NCBI GenBank assembly: GCA_024226335.1
Contig: JAAELY010000105.1
Coordinates: forward strand, 129-64,128
DNA length: 64,000 nt
From: a bacterium
Lineage (GTDB): Bacteria; Myxococcota_A; UBA9160; SZUA-336
Direction of reading: 5' to 3'
Of the stretch, positions 28,076-38,306 are shown piece after piece. The position numbers were made by a program, and so were the translations under genes. The notes beneath the pieces are model-generated. The model was not told where the DNA came from and ran no database searches. It saw only the letters and a list, made by a program, of their open reading frames with translations. Position 1 is the stretch's first letter, and each line of letters begins with the position of its first letter.

Positions 28076-29284
28076 ATGATCTCCCTGCTCTTTCTCGGCG
28101 TAAGCCTGGTGGGCGCCGCGTTCAGTGCGAGTTCACTGATTCAGGTAAGACGGCTCTGGTATTTCACCTTTCCCTATTTCATGGGAGCGTGGCTCACCAG
28201 CGAATTGGCTCTGCACCATATCGCCTGGCAGGCTGCGGCGACGATTGGCTTTGTGGCTTTCGGAGCGCTGGAGCAGTGGCAGGGTGTCCTGGGGCTGGTG
28301 ATCACATTCGCGTCCTGGGGAGCTTTGCTGATTGCGCATCGCCGCGCGGGTCATGCTGGGCCCATTCTCAGCCAGGTACTCGACGATCCCGAGTTCCAGC
28401 CGCTACCCAAGATTCCCGTATCGCGTCTGACCAACCCGTTCAGCATGAAGCTTCCGGGTGTCGAGCACGTGCGCGACATCGCTTATTGCGATGTGCAGGC
28501 GGACGATAAAGGTCGGCGAAATCTGCTCGACGTGATCAAGCCAGCTGCGCCGGGTGAGAACCGTCCGGTGCTGCTGCACATCCACGGTGGCGGCTGGGTG
28601 ATCGGTGAGAAGGAGCAGCAGGGCCAGCCGCTCATGAACTACATGGCCTCGCGGGGTTGGGTCTGCGTGGCGTCGAACTATCGACTCAGCCCCAAGGCGA
28701 CCTTCCCTGCGCACATCATCGACGTGAAGCGCGCCATCGCCTGGATCCAGGCCAACATCCGCGAGCACGGTGGCGATCCGAGTTTCATCTGCATTGCCGG
28801 TGGCTCAGCCGGTGGGCATCTTTCATCGCTTGCGGCACTGACGCCCAACGATCCGGCGTTTCAGCCGGGCTTCGAAGACGTCGATACGAAGATCGCTGCA
28901 GCGGTTCCGTTCTACGGTGTCTACGATTTTCTGGATCGCCACGAAATCCGCGGCAGCATGTCGATGAAGCCGATGCTCGAGCGCATGGTTCTCAAGTGTT
29001 CGCCGGAGGAGAGCCGAGATGTCTGGGAGAATGCCTCGCCGATTGCGCGCGTATCGGATCAGGCCCCGTCATTCTTCGTCATCCACGGCACGCACGACTC
29101 GCTCGTGTTCATCGAAGAAGCCCGAGTATTCGTCGACGCCTTGCGGGAAAAGTCGAAGAACCCGGTGCACTACGCCGAGATCCCCGGCGCCCAGCACGCC
29201 TTCGAGATCTTCAACTCGAGGCGAAGCGAACGCACGGTAGAGGCCGTTGGCGGGTTTCTCGAGCGGGTCTACAGGGAGAGGTAG
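28076..29284 (+). CDS. alpha/beta hydrolase (esterase/lipase, HGGG type) with N-terminal membrane segments
   Basis: HIHGGGW oxyanion motif, GGSAGG nucleophile elbow, and a C-terminal His (HGTHDS). The first ~90 aa are hydrophobic. Confidence 0.8.
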   Translation: MISLLFLGVSLVGAAFSASSLIQVRRLWYFTFPYFMGAWLTSELALHHIAWQAAATIGFVAFGALEQWQGVLGLVITFASWGALLIAHRRAGHAGPILSQVLDDPEFQPLPKIPVSRLTNPFSMKLPGVEHVRDIAYCDVQADDKGRRNLLDVIKPAAPGENRPVLLHIHGGGWVIGEKEQQGQPLMNYMASRGWVCVASNYRLSPKATFPAHIIDVKRAIAWIQANIREHGGDPSFICIAGGSAGGHLSSLAALTPNDPAFQPGFEDVDTKIAAAVPFYGVYDFLDRHEIRGSMSMKPMLERMVLKCSPEESRDVWENASPIARVSDQAPSFFVIHGTHDSLVFIEEARVFVDALREKSKNPVHYAEIPGAQHAFEIFNSRRSERTVEAVGGFLERVYRER

Positions 29285-29445
29285 AAATCCCGACAGGAGC
29301 GGTCTTCTCGGCGAGTCTGCCTAGCGGGCTTCTTCGGCCCAGGTGAGTGTACCGTTCATGTTGGCGATCATCTGGCCCCGATTATCGTAGGCCGATACAC
29401 CGCCGGACTCACGCACGGAAATGTAGGGGACCTCCCCCTGCGTTT

Positions 29446-30222
29446 TCAGGGGCCGGCGGCGACCGGGGCCTGGACGCGAAACAATGAATCGCTCAGCACC
29501 GGATCCTGTTGCGAACTGTCGACCAGGATCATGGTCGAGGTGCCGTCCCTGAGATCGGTCATGAGGGTGACCTGCGGGATCCACGCACCGCCCTTCTTGA
29601 CGACACGCGACGGGTTCAGCGTCAATTCCTTGCGCAGCCCCTTGCCCGTCTCATAGATCTCTGACTTCACGATTACGCAGCGTTCCTTGTCGATCGATGT
29701 GATCACGCGATCGTAGTTGGAATCATCGCTGCGAGTTTCGATGACGAACACGGGTCGGTGACGGTATTCACTGTCTTCGAGACGCTTGACCTCTTCGGGC
29801 CGTTTCATGCCGACCAGAAGTTCGAGATCCTCGTACGTGAAGTCCGATCCCAGAAGTGCCAGCGAGCGAGCACTGCCGCTGATCCGTTTGCTTTTTGCGC
29901 CATCTTCGGTGCGGAAGTACATCTCGTTCTCGCCGTCCCTTTCGAGCATCAGGAACGAACTGCCCTTCACGTCTTCCGGTTCGATGAACTTCAACAGGAG
30001 TTCGCGCTGTCCGGCTTCGTTTCGCCGGCCGTAGGCCATCACGATCGTCTCGCGCTGCGCGCCCGTTCGATCCCGGGAGCTGACCCGCAGCCCGCGAATC
30101 GTACTGGGTTGGGGCAGATTCCGAGCCAGGCAATCGGCTTCGTTGTGTAGAGTCTCTTCCGCACCCGCGGGGACGGGTCCGAGCATCAGCAAGACGACGA
30201 GGAGGCCTAACGCGTTTTTCAT
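29446..30222 (-). CDS. LolA-like / outer-membrane lipoprotein-sorting family protein (putative)
   Basis: Signal peptide (MKNALGLLVVLLMLGPVPAGA) and a ~230-aa mature domain. The overall pattern is recalled from LolA-like proteins that often accompany MMPL exporters. This call is weak. Confidence 0.35.
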   Translation of the reverse strand: MKNALGLLVVLLMLGPVPAGAEETLHNEADCLARNLPQPSTIRGLRVSSRDRTGAQRETIVMAYGRRNEAGQRELLLKFIEPEDVKGSSFLMLERDGENEMYFRTEDGAKSKRISGSARSLALLGSDFTYEDLELLVGMKRPEEVKRLEDSEYRHRPVFVIETRSDDSNYDRVITSIDKERCVIVKSEIYETGKGLRKELTLNPSRVVKKGGAWIPQVTLMTDLRDGTSTMILVDSSQQDPVLSDSLFRVQAPVAAGP

Positions 30223-30337
30223 ATTCGGGATCGTACCAGTCACCGCACTAGCCGTAAAATCCCGATTTTTGCTCAGAAAGCCCGAACCTCCGGGACCCGC
30301 ATCGGGAAAACCGCCGGAACCGGTCTACAATGCGCCT

Positions 30338-31171
30338 GTGAAACTCGGAATTCTGCATCCCGGCGCCATGGGTTCGACCGTTGCGGCTTCCGCGGCCTGC
30401 AATCTGTCGCACGTGTTATTCGCTTCCGAGGGGCGGAGCTCCGCTACCATCGAACGCGCTGAGCAGGTCGATCTGGAAGATGTGGGAAGCCTCTCGAATC
30501 TGGTCGAGCGCAGCCAGATCCTGGTCAGCGTCTGTCCACCGGCCAGTGCAATGGAGCTGGCAAACCGGGTTGCGTCCCTGGGCTTTCGCGGCATCTACGT
30601 CGATGCGAATGCGCTGAGCCCTGCCACTGCCCGGAAACTCGAGCAGGTGTTCGCCGGTCAGGCGGACTTCGTCGATGGTGCTCTGATCGGCCCACCGGCG
30701 CATCGCCCGAATACGACCCGACTGCACCTTTCCGGAGCCCGTTCCGAAGAGGTGGCGCGTTGCTTTGCAGAGGGTCCTCTGGAAGCATGCGTGATCGACG
30801 GGCCCGTCGGCGCTGCGTCAGCCCTGAAGATGGTCTTCGCCGCCTACACGAAGGGCAGCGCAGCTCTGCTCGCGGCGATTCACGCGGTTGCCCGCGTCGA
30901 GGGTGTCGATGCCGAACTCATCCGGGAATGGCAGCAGTCGATCCCGGACCTTCCCGGTCGACTGAAGGTCGGCTCCGCGAGCATCGCACCCAAGGCCTGG
31001 CGATTCGTGGGCGAGATGCACGAGATTGCGGCCACCTTCGAGGCCGCGGGGCTTCCTCCCGGTTTCTTCGAGGCGGCTGCAGAAGTCTACGAGCGCCTCG
31101 CCGAGTTCAAGAACGTCGATCCGTCTCCTGGGCCCGACGAGGTCGCGGAGCGTCTGCGCAGGGGGCGTTGA
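30338..31171 (+). CDS. NAD(P)-binding 6PGDH-like / DUF1932 domain protein
   Basis: GTG start giving VKLGILHPGAMG (a GxxGxxG Rossmann motif), then a C-terminal DUF1932-like region. The longer upstream ORF overlaps the LolA-like gene and is rejected. Confidence 0.55.
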   Translation: MKLGILHPGAMGSTVAASAACNLSHVLFASEGRSSATIERAEQVDLEDVGSLSNLVERSQILVSVCPPASAMELANRVASLGFRGIYVDANALSPATARKLEQVFAGQADFVDGALIGPPAHRPNTTRLHLSGARSEEVARCFAEGPLEACVIDGPVGAASALKMVFAAYTKGSAALLAAIHAVARVEGVDAELIREWQQSIPDLPGRLKVGSASIAPKAWRFVGEMHEIAATFEAAGLPPGFFEAAAEVYERLAEFKNVDPSPGPDEVAERLRRGR

Positions 31172-31216
31172 GTTCTGACAGAATGGGTTCGTCTCCCATC
31201 AGCTGGAAGGATCCCC

Positions 31217-31897
31217 ATGATCGACCTGTACACCGCGCCGACTCCCAACGGATGGAAGGCCTCGATCACGCTCGAAGAACTCGATCTTCCCTATGAGGTC
31301 TGTGCGATCGACCTCTCGAGCAACGAACAGAAGACACCCGAGTTTCTGGCGATCAACCCCAACGGGCGAATCCCTGCGATCGTCGACCGCGACTCCGGAG
31401 ATTTCGCCGTTTTCGAGTCGGGCGCGATCATGCTCTACCTGTGTGAGAAGGAAGGCTCCGGTCGCTTGCTTCCGAAGGACCCGAAGGGGCGCTCACAGGT
31501 CATCCAGTGGCTGATGTTCCAGATGGGCGGTGTCGGACCCATGCAGGGACAGGCGAATGTCTTCTTCCGCTACTTCCCCGAGAAGATCCAACCTGCGATC
31601 GATCGCTACCAGAACGAAACCAAGCGCCTCTACAGCGTGCTCGATGCTCGTCTTGCCCGTTCCGAATACCTGGCGGGTGAATACAGCCTGGCCGACATCG
31701 CGAACTATTCCTGGGTGCGCATCCACGGCTGGTCGGGTGTCGACATCGCCGATCTGCCCCATCTGCAGCGCTGGCTCGATGCGGTTTCGAGTCGACCCGC
31801 AGTCGAGCGCGGGGTGAACGTGCCCAAGATGCCGGAGCAGGCCGAAGCAACGGAAGAGAAGCTGAAGGCGGCCGGCGCGAAGATGATCCAGAAATAG
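31217..31897 (+). CDS. glutathione S-transferase
   Basis: Classic GST: [22 protein letters not shown]…[14 protein letters not shown]…[13 protein letters not shown] and a C-terminal helical domain. Confidence 0.85.
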   Translation: MIDLYTAPTPNGWKASITLEELDLPYEVCAIDLSSNEQKTPEFLAINPNGRIPAIVDRDSGDFAVFESGAIMLYLCEKEGSGRLLPKDPKGRSQVIQWLMFQMGGVGPMQGQANVFFRYFPEKIQPAIDRYQNETKRLYSVLDARLARSEYLAGEYSLADIANYSWVRIHGWSGVDIADLPHLQRWLDAVSSRPAVERGVNVPKMPEQAEATEEKLKAAGAKMIQK

Positions 31898-31976
31898 CGA
31901 CGGGATCGCGGCGCCCCGTGGGTGCCGGAATTCCCGGCACAGGCCGTTCCCGGCCCGACTCGCCGGAGGAGTATTG

Positions 31977-33038
31977 ATGCGAGGTCTACTTCTCATTTTG
32001 CTCGGACTCTTGATCCTGGCCGGAGGCTTTTTCTTGAAGCTGGCCAGTGACTCGGGTGCGTTTGCGGAAATCGATCCGCACTTCAGCGGTTCGTGTCGCC
32101 TGGTGAAAGGTGCACTGGGTACGGAAGACGTAACCATTCATCCCGATACCGGGATCGCCTACGTTTCCGCGTCCGACCGTCGCGGCCTTCTCTCAGGCTA
32201 TCCGCTGAGCGGTGCGATCTACGCCTACGACCTCGCCGATCCCCAGGCGAAACTCCTATCGCTGACACCCGAAGCCGGACCGGAGTTTCAACCGCACGGG
32301 ATCAGCTTGTGGCGCGGTCCCGAGGGGCGCGAGCGTCTGTTCGCAATCAACCATCCACCCGACCAACCCGACGAAGTGCAGATATTCGATCTGGTCGGCG
32401 GCCGACTCGATCACGTCCGCACGGTGACGGATCCCGGACGGCTCTTCATGCCCAACGATCTAGTGGCCACCGGACCCGAACAATTTTATGTGACCAGTAC
32501 GCACGTCAATCCACCGGGAGGCGCGCAGTTGCTCGAGAACATCCTGAGCCTGAAGGGCGCGAAGATCCTGTATTTCGACGGCAAGGAAATTCACACAGCC
32601 GTCGGGGACCTGGTCTTTCCGAACGGGATCAACATCGCGCCCGACGGCCTTCGCGTCTACGTTTCCACTACCACGCTGGGAGATCTTCTGGTCTTCGACC
32701 GCGATCCCGAAACCGGAACGCTCAGCCATGCGTGGACGCTGCCGGTCGGCAACGGACTCGACAATATCGAAATCGACGCGACCGGTGCACTCTGGATCGG
32801 CGCCCATCCGAAGACGCTTGATTTCCTGGCGCACGCTGGCGATCCGGACGCTCTTTCTCCTTCGCAGGCCCTGCGCATCACACCTGACGAGATCCATTCG
32901 ATCGTCGATGAGGTATACCTCGACGACGGTTCGCAACTCAGCGGAAGCTCTGTCGCTGCGCGCCGCGGCGAGCGGCTTCTCATCGGGCAGGTTTTTGGGG
33001 ATGGGATTCTGGATTGCACTATGAAATCGGAGAGTTGA
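31977..33038 (+). CDS. SMP-30/gluconolactonase/paraoxonase-like six-bladed beta-propeller (putative lactonase/arylesterase)
   Basis: N-terminal TM/signal segment, then propeller blocks (HPDTGIAYVS…, HGISLW, FPNGINIAPDG…). ATG at 31977 is preceded by GGAGGA. Confidence 0.55.
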   Translation: MRGLLLILLGLLILAGGFFLKLASDSGAFAEIDPHFSGSCRLVKGALGTEDVTIHPDTGIAYVSASDRRGLLSGYPLSGAIYAYDLADPQAKLLSLTPEAGPEFQPHGISLWRGPEGRERLFAINHPPDQPDEVQIFDLVGGRLDHVRTVTDPGRLFMPNDLVATGPEQFYVTSTHVNPPGGAQLLENILSLKGAKILYFDGKEIHTAVGDLVFPNGINIAPDGLRVYVSTTTLGDLLVFDRDPETGTLSHAWTLPVGNGLDNIEIDATGALWIGAHPKTLDFLAHAGDPDALSPSQALRITPDEIHSIVDEVYLDDGSQLSGSSVAARRGERLLIGQVFGDGILDCTMKSES

Positions 33039-33039
33039 T

Positions 33040-33849
33040 ATGAGCCGGCGATACCTGGAAGTGAATAGGCGGGGAAACGTTCTGGACGTGTGCATTTCGA
33101 ATCCGCCGACCCACACGCTTACTGCGGGCGGTGTTGCGGAACTGAGTCAGTTGCTCGATGAAGTCGAGGAGGACCCGGGCATTCGCGTTCTGGTTTTCAC
33201 CGGAGGTGGCGAGGGCGTGTTCATCGCGCACTACGAGGTCAATGAACTCGCCGACTCGGCCGACCGCAGTCCTGAACAGATGGGAGAATCCGACGATCAC
33301 CCGGAGCAGCTTCACGCGATGCACCGGGTCTGTCTGCGTCTGGAGGCGCTGCCTGTCATCACCGTCGCCGCCGTGAACGGAAACGCCGCCGGAGGGGGCT
33401 GTGAGCTGTCACTTGCCTGCGACTTTCGATTGATGGCCGACGGTCCTTTCGTTTTTGGTCTGCCGGAGACCAGTGTGGGAATCATTCCAGGGGCCGGGGG
33501 TACGCAACGCTATGCGCGCCTGCTGGGAACGGCGCGCGCTCTCGATTTGATCCTGCACGCGCGCCTGCTCAATCCCCTTGAAGCGCTCGAACTCGGACTT
33601 CTGCACAGGCTCTTCCCGGTCGAATCGTTCAACGATGAAGTTCGGGATTTCGCCGACGATCTGGTGAGCCGGGCGCCGATCGCTCTGGCTGCAGCCAAAG
33701 AGGCGATCCGCCGCGGCGCGGAAGAACTTCTGGAAGACGGACTCCAGATCGAGCAGTCGTGCTTCAACCGCACGATGCGTTCGCGCGACGCCGCCGGGGC
33801 GATGCGCGCCTGGCTCGAAGGCAAGACCTACGAATGGAAGGGGGAATAG
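33040..33849 (+). CDS. enoyl-CoA hydratase/isomerase family protein
   Basis: Crotonase blocks (VLVFTGGGEGVFIAHYEV…AAVNGNAAGGGCELSLACDFRLMA…GIIPGAGGTQR). Confidence 0.8.
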   Translation: MSRRYLEVNRRGNVLDVCISNPPTHTLTAGGVAELSQLLDEVEEDPGIRVLVFTGGGEGVFIAHYEVNELADSADRSPEQMGESDDHPEQLHAMHRVCLRLEALPVITVAAVNGNAAGGGCELSLACDFRLMADGPFVFGLPETSVGIIPGAGGTQRYARLLGTARALDLILHARLLNPLEALELGLLHRLFPVESFNDEVRDFADDLVSRAPIALAAAKEAIRRGAEELLEDGLQIEQSCFNRTMRSRDAAGAMRAWLEGKTYEWKGE

Positions 33850-34592
33850 TGGCGGGCAGCGAAAACGAGATCGTCTTCGACCACATCGCGCTTGCGGCGC
33901 CGGAGATTGCCTGTGCGCCCGAGTTTCTGGTTGGCCAGCTAGGGGGGCTTTCCGGTTTCGGTGGGCCGAGTCCCGAGTACAGCTGGTGGCATTGGGATTT
34001 CGATGGCGGGGGGCGCGTCGAAGTGCTCGAGCCGAGAGGAAAGCCGGGTGGTTTCATCCATCGCTTTCTGGACAGTCGCGGGCCGGGAATCCACCACGCA
34101 ACTTTCAAGGTGCCCGACCTCAAGAAGGCCTGCTCGCGCGCAGAGGGACTCGGCTACACGATCGTCGGTTTCAATGATTCAGAGCCCAGCTGGAAGGAAG
34201 CTTTCCTGCACCCGAAGCAGGCGATGGGTGTGGTCGTGCAGCTCGTCGAAGCCGGGCCCGGAAGCGGCGATGATTTCGCGCAGCGCTACCCGTCTCCCGC
34301 GCCCGCCGAACCGCGCGATCGACCCGCTTCGGTGTCGATCGTCGGGCTGCGCATGCGCAGTGGCAACCCCGAGGCCGTGCAGCGCCAGTGGTCGGGCGTC
34401 CTCCAGGGCAAAGCGACAGAAAACGAGAATGAGATCGTCTTCACATGGCCCACATCGGGCATGCGGGTTGCGGTGACGATCGAGGATCGCTCCGACGATG
34501 TCTCGGAGTCCATTGAAGTCCGATCAGACAGAACACTGAGCCTGCCGAGTGAGGCGTTACCTCTTCTGGGCGCACGTTTCGTTCAGGTCTGA
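33849..34592 (+). CDS. VOC (glyoxalase/bleomycin-resistance/dioxygenase) family protein
   Basis: GTG at 33849 overlaps the upstream TAG. Paired βαβββ modules with IVFDHIALAAPE and HHATFKVPDL. Confidence 0.55.
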   Translation: MAGSENEIVFDHIALAAPEIACAPEFLVGQLGGLSGFGGPSPEYSWWHWDFDGGGRVEVLEPRGKPGGFIHRFLDSRGPGIHHATFKVPDLKKACSRAEGLGYTIVGFNDSEPSWKEAFLHPKQAMGVVVQLVEAGPGSGDDFAQRYPSPAPAEPRDRPASVSIVGLRMRSGNPEAVQRQWSGVLQGKATENENEIVFTWPTSGMRVAVTIEDRSDDVSESIEVRSDRTLSLPSEALPLLGARFVQV

Positions 34593-34631
34593 CGCTTCTC
34601 GTCGTAACTCAAAGAGCATCGGGGAGGTCCT

Positions 34632-35405
34632 ATGTCGATTCGACTCCGCCAACTCTGTTTGGTGACCGAAAACCTGGATCCGGTTCTGGAAGACCTGAAA
34701 CAGGTTCTGGGCCTCGGGGTCTGTTTCGTCGATCCAGGTGTCGCGACCTTTGGCCTGGAGAACTCCCTATTACCCGTCGGTAGCAACTTCCTCGAAGTTG
34801 TGGCTCCGACGCGAGAGGGAACCGCAGCCGGTCGTTATCTGCAGAGGCGCAACGGCAATGGCGGGTATATGGTGATCTGCCAGTGCGATGATCACGCGAC
34901 TCAGATCGAACGCCGCAAGCACGCGCTCGATCGCGGAATCCGCATCGCCTTCGAGCACGAAAGCCCCGCCTATCACATCCTTCAGTTGCATCCGGGTGAC
35001 ACCGGAGGGAGTTTTCTCGAGATCGACTGGGATGCGCGGGAAGAACCGGAGGGGCACTGGGAGCCGGCCGGTGGGGATGGCTGGACCACAGCGGTGCACA
35101 CTGGGGTAGTGAGCGAGTTCCTGGCCGTGGAAATCCAGTCCCCCGACCCTCAGGTGCTCGCCGATCGCTGGAGCGACATCGCGGGTATCCCGTTGCGCAA
35201 GGATGTACAGGGTCGCTGCGAACTCCCACTCGACAATCTCCCCGTGCGCTTCGTACAAGCCAGCGATGGCCGGCCCGAAGGGCTGGGCGGAATTGACCTG
35301 AGGGTGGTCGATCGCGACCGCCTGCTACGCGTCGCAAGCGAACGCGGTTGTCGCGTTTCCGACGAGCAACTGTTGATCTGCGGAACTCGTTTCTACTTGC
35401 GCTGA
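34632..35405 (+). CDS. VOC/glyoxalase-like domain protein
   Basis: LRQLCLVTENLDPVLEDL… and GNGGYMVICQCDDHA modules. GGAGG RBS. Confidence 0.5.
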   Translation: MSIRLRQLCLVTENLDPVLEDLKQVLGLGVCFVDPGVATFGLENSLLPVGSNFLEVVAPTREGTAAGRYLQRRNGNGGYMVICQCDDHATQIERRKHALDRGIRIAFEHESPAYHILQLHPGDTGGSFLEIDWDAREEPEGHWEPAGGDGWTTAVHTGVVSEFLAVEIQSPDPQVLADRWSDIAGIPLRKDVQGRCELPLDNLPVRFVQASDGRPEGLGGIDLRVVDRDRLLRVASERGCRVSDEQLLICGTRFYLR

Positions 35406-36646
35406 TCCGGGTCCGGGATGGCTCCGCTGATCGTGTAGTGCCGTAGTTCGGGCATGTACACGCTCACGATACCCAGGATGCCCAGGCAGGCGAAGCCGCC
35501 CGCCACGACCGAGAATGTCGCGCTGGTCAACGCAGCCAGGAACCCGGATTCGGCCGCTCCGAGTTCGTTGCTCGCACCGATGAAAATCATGTTCACCGAG
35601 TTCACCCGCCCGCGCAGACTGTCGGGTGTGGAGAGCTGCAGAATGATCGTGCGAGTCACCATGCTCACCTGATCGGCCATGCCCGCGAGCACAAAGGCTG
35701 CAACCGAGAGCGGGAATGAGCGCGAGAGGCCGAAGATGATCGTCGCGAGTCCGAAGAAGAGCACCGAGATCAGAAGTGCGCGTCCGGGTCGTTCGATCGC
35801 TGGGATCATCAGCAGAAGGGCGGCCATCGAGACCGTTCCAATCTGCATCGAAGCGCTGAGCAGGCCGTAGCCGAACTCACCGACGCCCAGGATCTGGTCG
35901 GCGTACACCGGCAAGAGGGCCGTTGCGCCCGCGAAGATGACGGCGAACATGTCGAGTGTCATCGAGCCCAGGATTGCCGGTTGCGCGCGCACGAAGGTGA
36001 TTCCCTCGCGGATGGCCTTGAAGGATACGTCGCGTTCTTCTGCGCCCGGAACAGGTGGCAGAGTCACGCGCCGTAGAGCCAGGAGGGATATCGCCAGGCA
36101 AGTAACTGTGGTCGCGTAGGCTGCCGAAATACCCAGGCTCCCGCTCACGATGCCCATCAGTACGGGTCCGCTCACATTGGCGATGTTGCGAAAGTTCGCG
36201 TTCACTACGGTCGCGGCAGGGAATAGCGCGCGAGGCACCAGATTCGGCAGGATCGAGGCGCCCGCGGGATTCTCGAAACAACTCGACATGGCCAGCACGA
36301 AGGCCGCGACCAGTATCAGCTCTCGCTCGAAACCGAAGGCACCGGTTCCGAGCGCTAGAGCGAGTGAACCCAAGAGAGAGACCCCCTGAGTCGCCAGGAC
36401 GATGTTCCGCCGATCGTGAGTATCTGCGACCGCGCCCGCGTACAGCGAAACCGGAATCACCGGAAGAAACTCGACAAAACCGATTACACCCAACCAGAAG
36501 TAGGAGTCGGTTACCTTCCAGATGTGCCACGCGATCGTTGCGTGCAGCAGAGAACGGCCCAGGCTGGAGAAGAACCGGGATACCAGGTAATGACGCACCG
36601 CGGGAATGCGCAGCACTACCCGGGTGGGGTGCGCAGACTCAGGCAC
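35393..36646 (-). CDS. MFS transporter
   Basis: A 417-aa protein with 12 TM helices and an MFS motif A-like loop (GAVADTHDRRN). Confidence 0.8.
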   Translation of the reverse strand: MPESAHPTRVVLRIPAVRHYLVSRFFSSLGRSLLHATIAWHIWKVTDSYFWLGVIGFVEFLPVIPVSLYAGAVADTHDRRNIVLATQGVSLLGSLALALGTGAFGFERELILVAAFVLAMSSCFENPAGASILPNLVPRALFPAATVVNANFRNIANVSGPVLMGIVSGSLGISAAYATTVTCLAISLLALRRVTLPPVPGAEERDVSFKAIREGITFVRAQPAILGSMTLDMFAVIFAGATALLPVYADQILGVGEFGYGLLSASMQIGTVSMAALLLMIPAIERPGRALLISVLFFGLATIIFGLSRSFPLSVAAFVLAGMADQVSMVTRTIILQLSTPDSLRGRVNSVNMIFIGASNELGAAESGFLAALTSATFSVVAGGFACLGILGIVSVYMPELRHYTISGAIPDPDQRK

Positions 36647-36663
36647 GATTCAGTTCACAGGCG

Positions 36664-38157
36664 CTATCGCAGGCCGTGCCAGCAGCGTCGCTCGGCTGCG
36701 AACGGGTCGGAGTGAAGCTCCGATTCATCTCCGAATACCAGGGTACTGCGCGCCGCCGCATCGTAGGCTGGCCAGTTCGGAATTCCCTCGTGATTTGGAT
36801 CTCCGTTTCGTATGAAGGAAACCCAGGCCGCGTGCATGGCGTCGGCGACGTGTTGTGGTTGGGGTCCTTCGCCCAGAAACGCTCCGACTCCGGCGCGGTC
36901 CAGATTGTCGAAGACGAATGGGATCTCGAGTGCATGGGTGGCGCCGAGCTTGCCTCCGAAACCGCGCGATTTCCAGTCGAAGAGGTACATATGGGTGGTC
37001 GAGCTCTGGGGGAATCGCGCTTCCGCCAGCCGGATTGCCGGAATGCGGAACATATGATCGCTGGAAACCGCGACCGCGAGTTCACCGCCACTCGCACCGG
37101 GACGAGACTGACGGTAGGCATCGAGCAGTTCATCGCTCCCGCCCAGTCCGGCAACCATCCGCGAGAGCTTCGTTTCGTCGAGTTCTCCAAACCCGAACAG
37201 AGTGGCTTCATCGGAATTCGTTCCGATCAGCACCGGAACTTCCGAGTTCAGGCCAGAGCGGATGGCTTCGAGCGGATCCCGGTCGATCACGCGCCCATCG
37301 ACTGTCGGATACAGCGGCGCTACTGCGACCCCCAGGGCGTTAGTCCGACCGATCCCTTCGTTCATCTCCTTGTCGATTTTCGCCTGCGCATCGAGAATCT
37401 CGGGCACCGTCAATCGCTTCAGATCCGCAGCGGAGCGAATCGAAAGCAGATCACAGAATAGATCGGTCACCTTCTCCGAGGCCGAGACCGGCAATGTGTG
37501 ATGGGCTGCACCGCTCTGGGCGATGGCTCGCTTGAACAGTCCGGTCGCACGCTGATTGCCGAGTAGAGTGCCAATACTGAAACCACCGGCAGACTCGCCC
37601 GCAATCGTCACATTCTCCGGATCTCCGCCGAAGCTTGCGATATTGTCGCGCACCCATTCGAGCGCAAAGATCTGATCGAGAGTTCCGTTCGCTCCCGAAG
37701 AAGCAAACTCGTCACCAAAACGCGCCAGATGAGCGAATCCCAATGCCCCGAGTCGGTAGTTGATGCTGATCACCACGATGTCACTGTTTCGAGCAAACTT
37801 CGAACCGTCGTACCAGGGGATGGCTCCCTGCCCGGTGCGGTAGCCGCCGCCGTGGATCCAGACCAGTACCGGTCGTCGCGCGTCGTCGAGTGCGGGAGTA
37901 CTGATGTTCAACGTGAGGCAGTCCTCGTCCCAACGGGTGTTGGCGACGCCGGTCAAGCCAGTACCGGGATTCTGCGGCGAAGCCGGGCCAAAACGCTTGG
38001 ACGGTCGCGTTTCACTCCACGGTTCGTGGGACTGAGCCGCACGGAAACGCAACGGTCCAACCGGAGGGGCCGCGTAGGGAATTCCGGCAAATAGCAACAC
38101 GTCGTTCTTCTGGCGGCCTTCAACTCGGCCCTGGGCGGTTCGCGCGATCGTCGTCAT
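36664..38157 (-). CDS. carboxylesterase type B (para-nitrobenzyl-esterase-like)
   Basis: FAGIPYAAPPVGPLRF, the GESAGG nucleophile elbow, and a length (497 aa) typical of the family. Confidence 0.85.
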   Translation of the reverse strand: MTTIARTAQGRVEGRQKNDVLLFAGIPYAAPPVGPLRFRAAQSHEPWSETRPSKRFGPASPQNPGTGLTGVANTRWDEDCLTLNISTPALDDARRPVLVWIHGGGYRTGQGAIPWYDGSKFARNSDIVVISINYRLGALGFAHLARFGDEFASSGANGTLDQIFALEWVRDNIASFGGDPENVTIAGESAGGFSIGTLLGNQRATGLFKRAIAQSGAAHHTLPVSASEKVTDLFCDLLSIRSAADLKRLTVPEILDAQAKIDKEMNEGIGRTNALGVAVAPLYPTVDGRVIDRDPLEAIRSGLNSEVPVLIGTNSDEATLFGFGELDETKLSRMVAGLGGSDELLDAYRQSRPGASGGELAVAVSSDHMFRIPAIRLAEARFPQSSTTHMYLFDWKSRGFGGKLGATHALEIPFVFDNLDRAGVGAFLGEGPQPQHVADAMHAAWVSFIRNGDPNHEGIPNWPAYDAAARSTLVFGDESELHSDPFAAERRCWHGLR

Positions 38158-38306
38158 GGATTCCTCCGCATCTACATGCTGATCTTACCGGGTCCCACGA
38201 GTTCGTGCCGAAGCTCGAACGGCCGGAATCAGCGCTTCCGAACGGTCAACTCTCCCACGTCGTCCGCTCCTACGCGGTCCAGTCGCCACACCCACTGCGT
38301 ACAGCG

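Noticed and set aside
29321-29584. 87-aa minus-strand ORF in the convergent gap between the alpha/beta hydrolase and the LolA-like gene
   Set aside because: It overlaps the 3' end of the LolA-like gene, has a Gly/Arg-rich composition and no start context. It is most likely non-coding.
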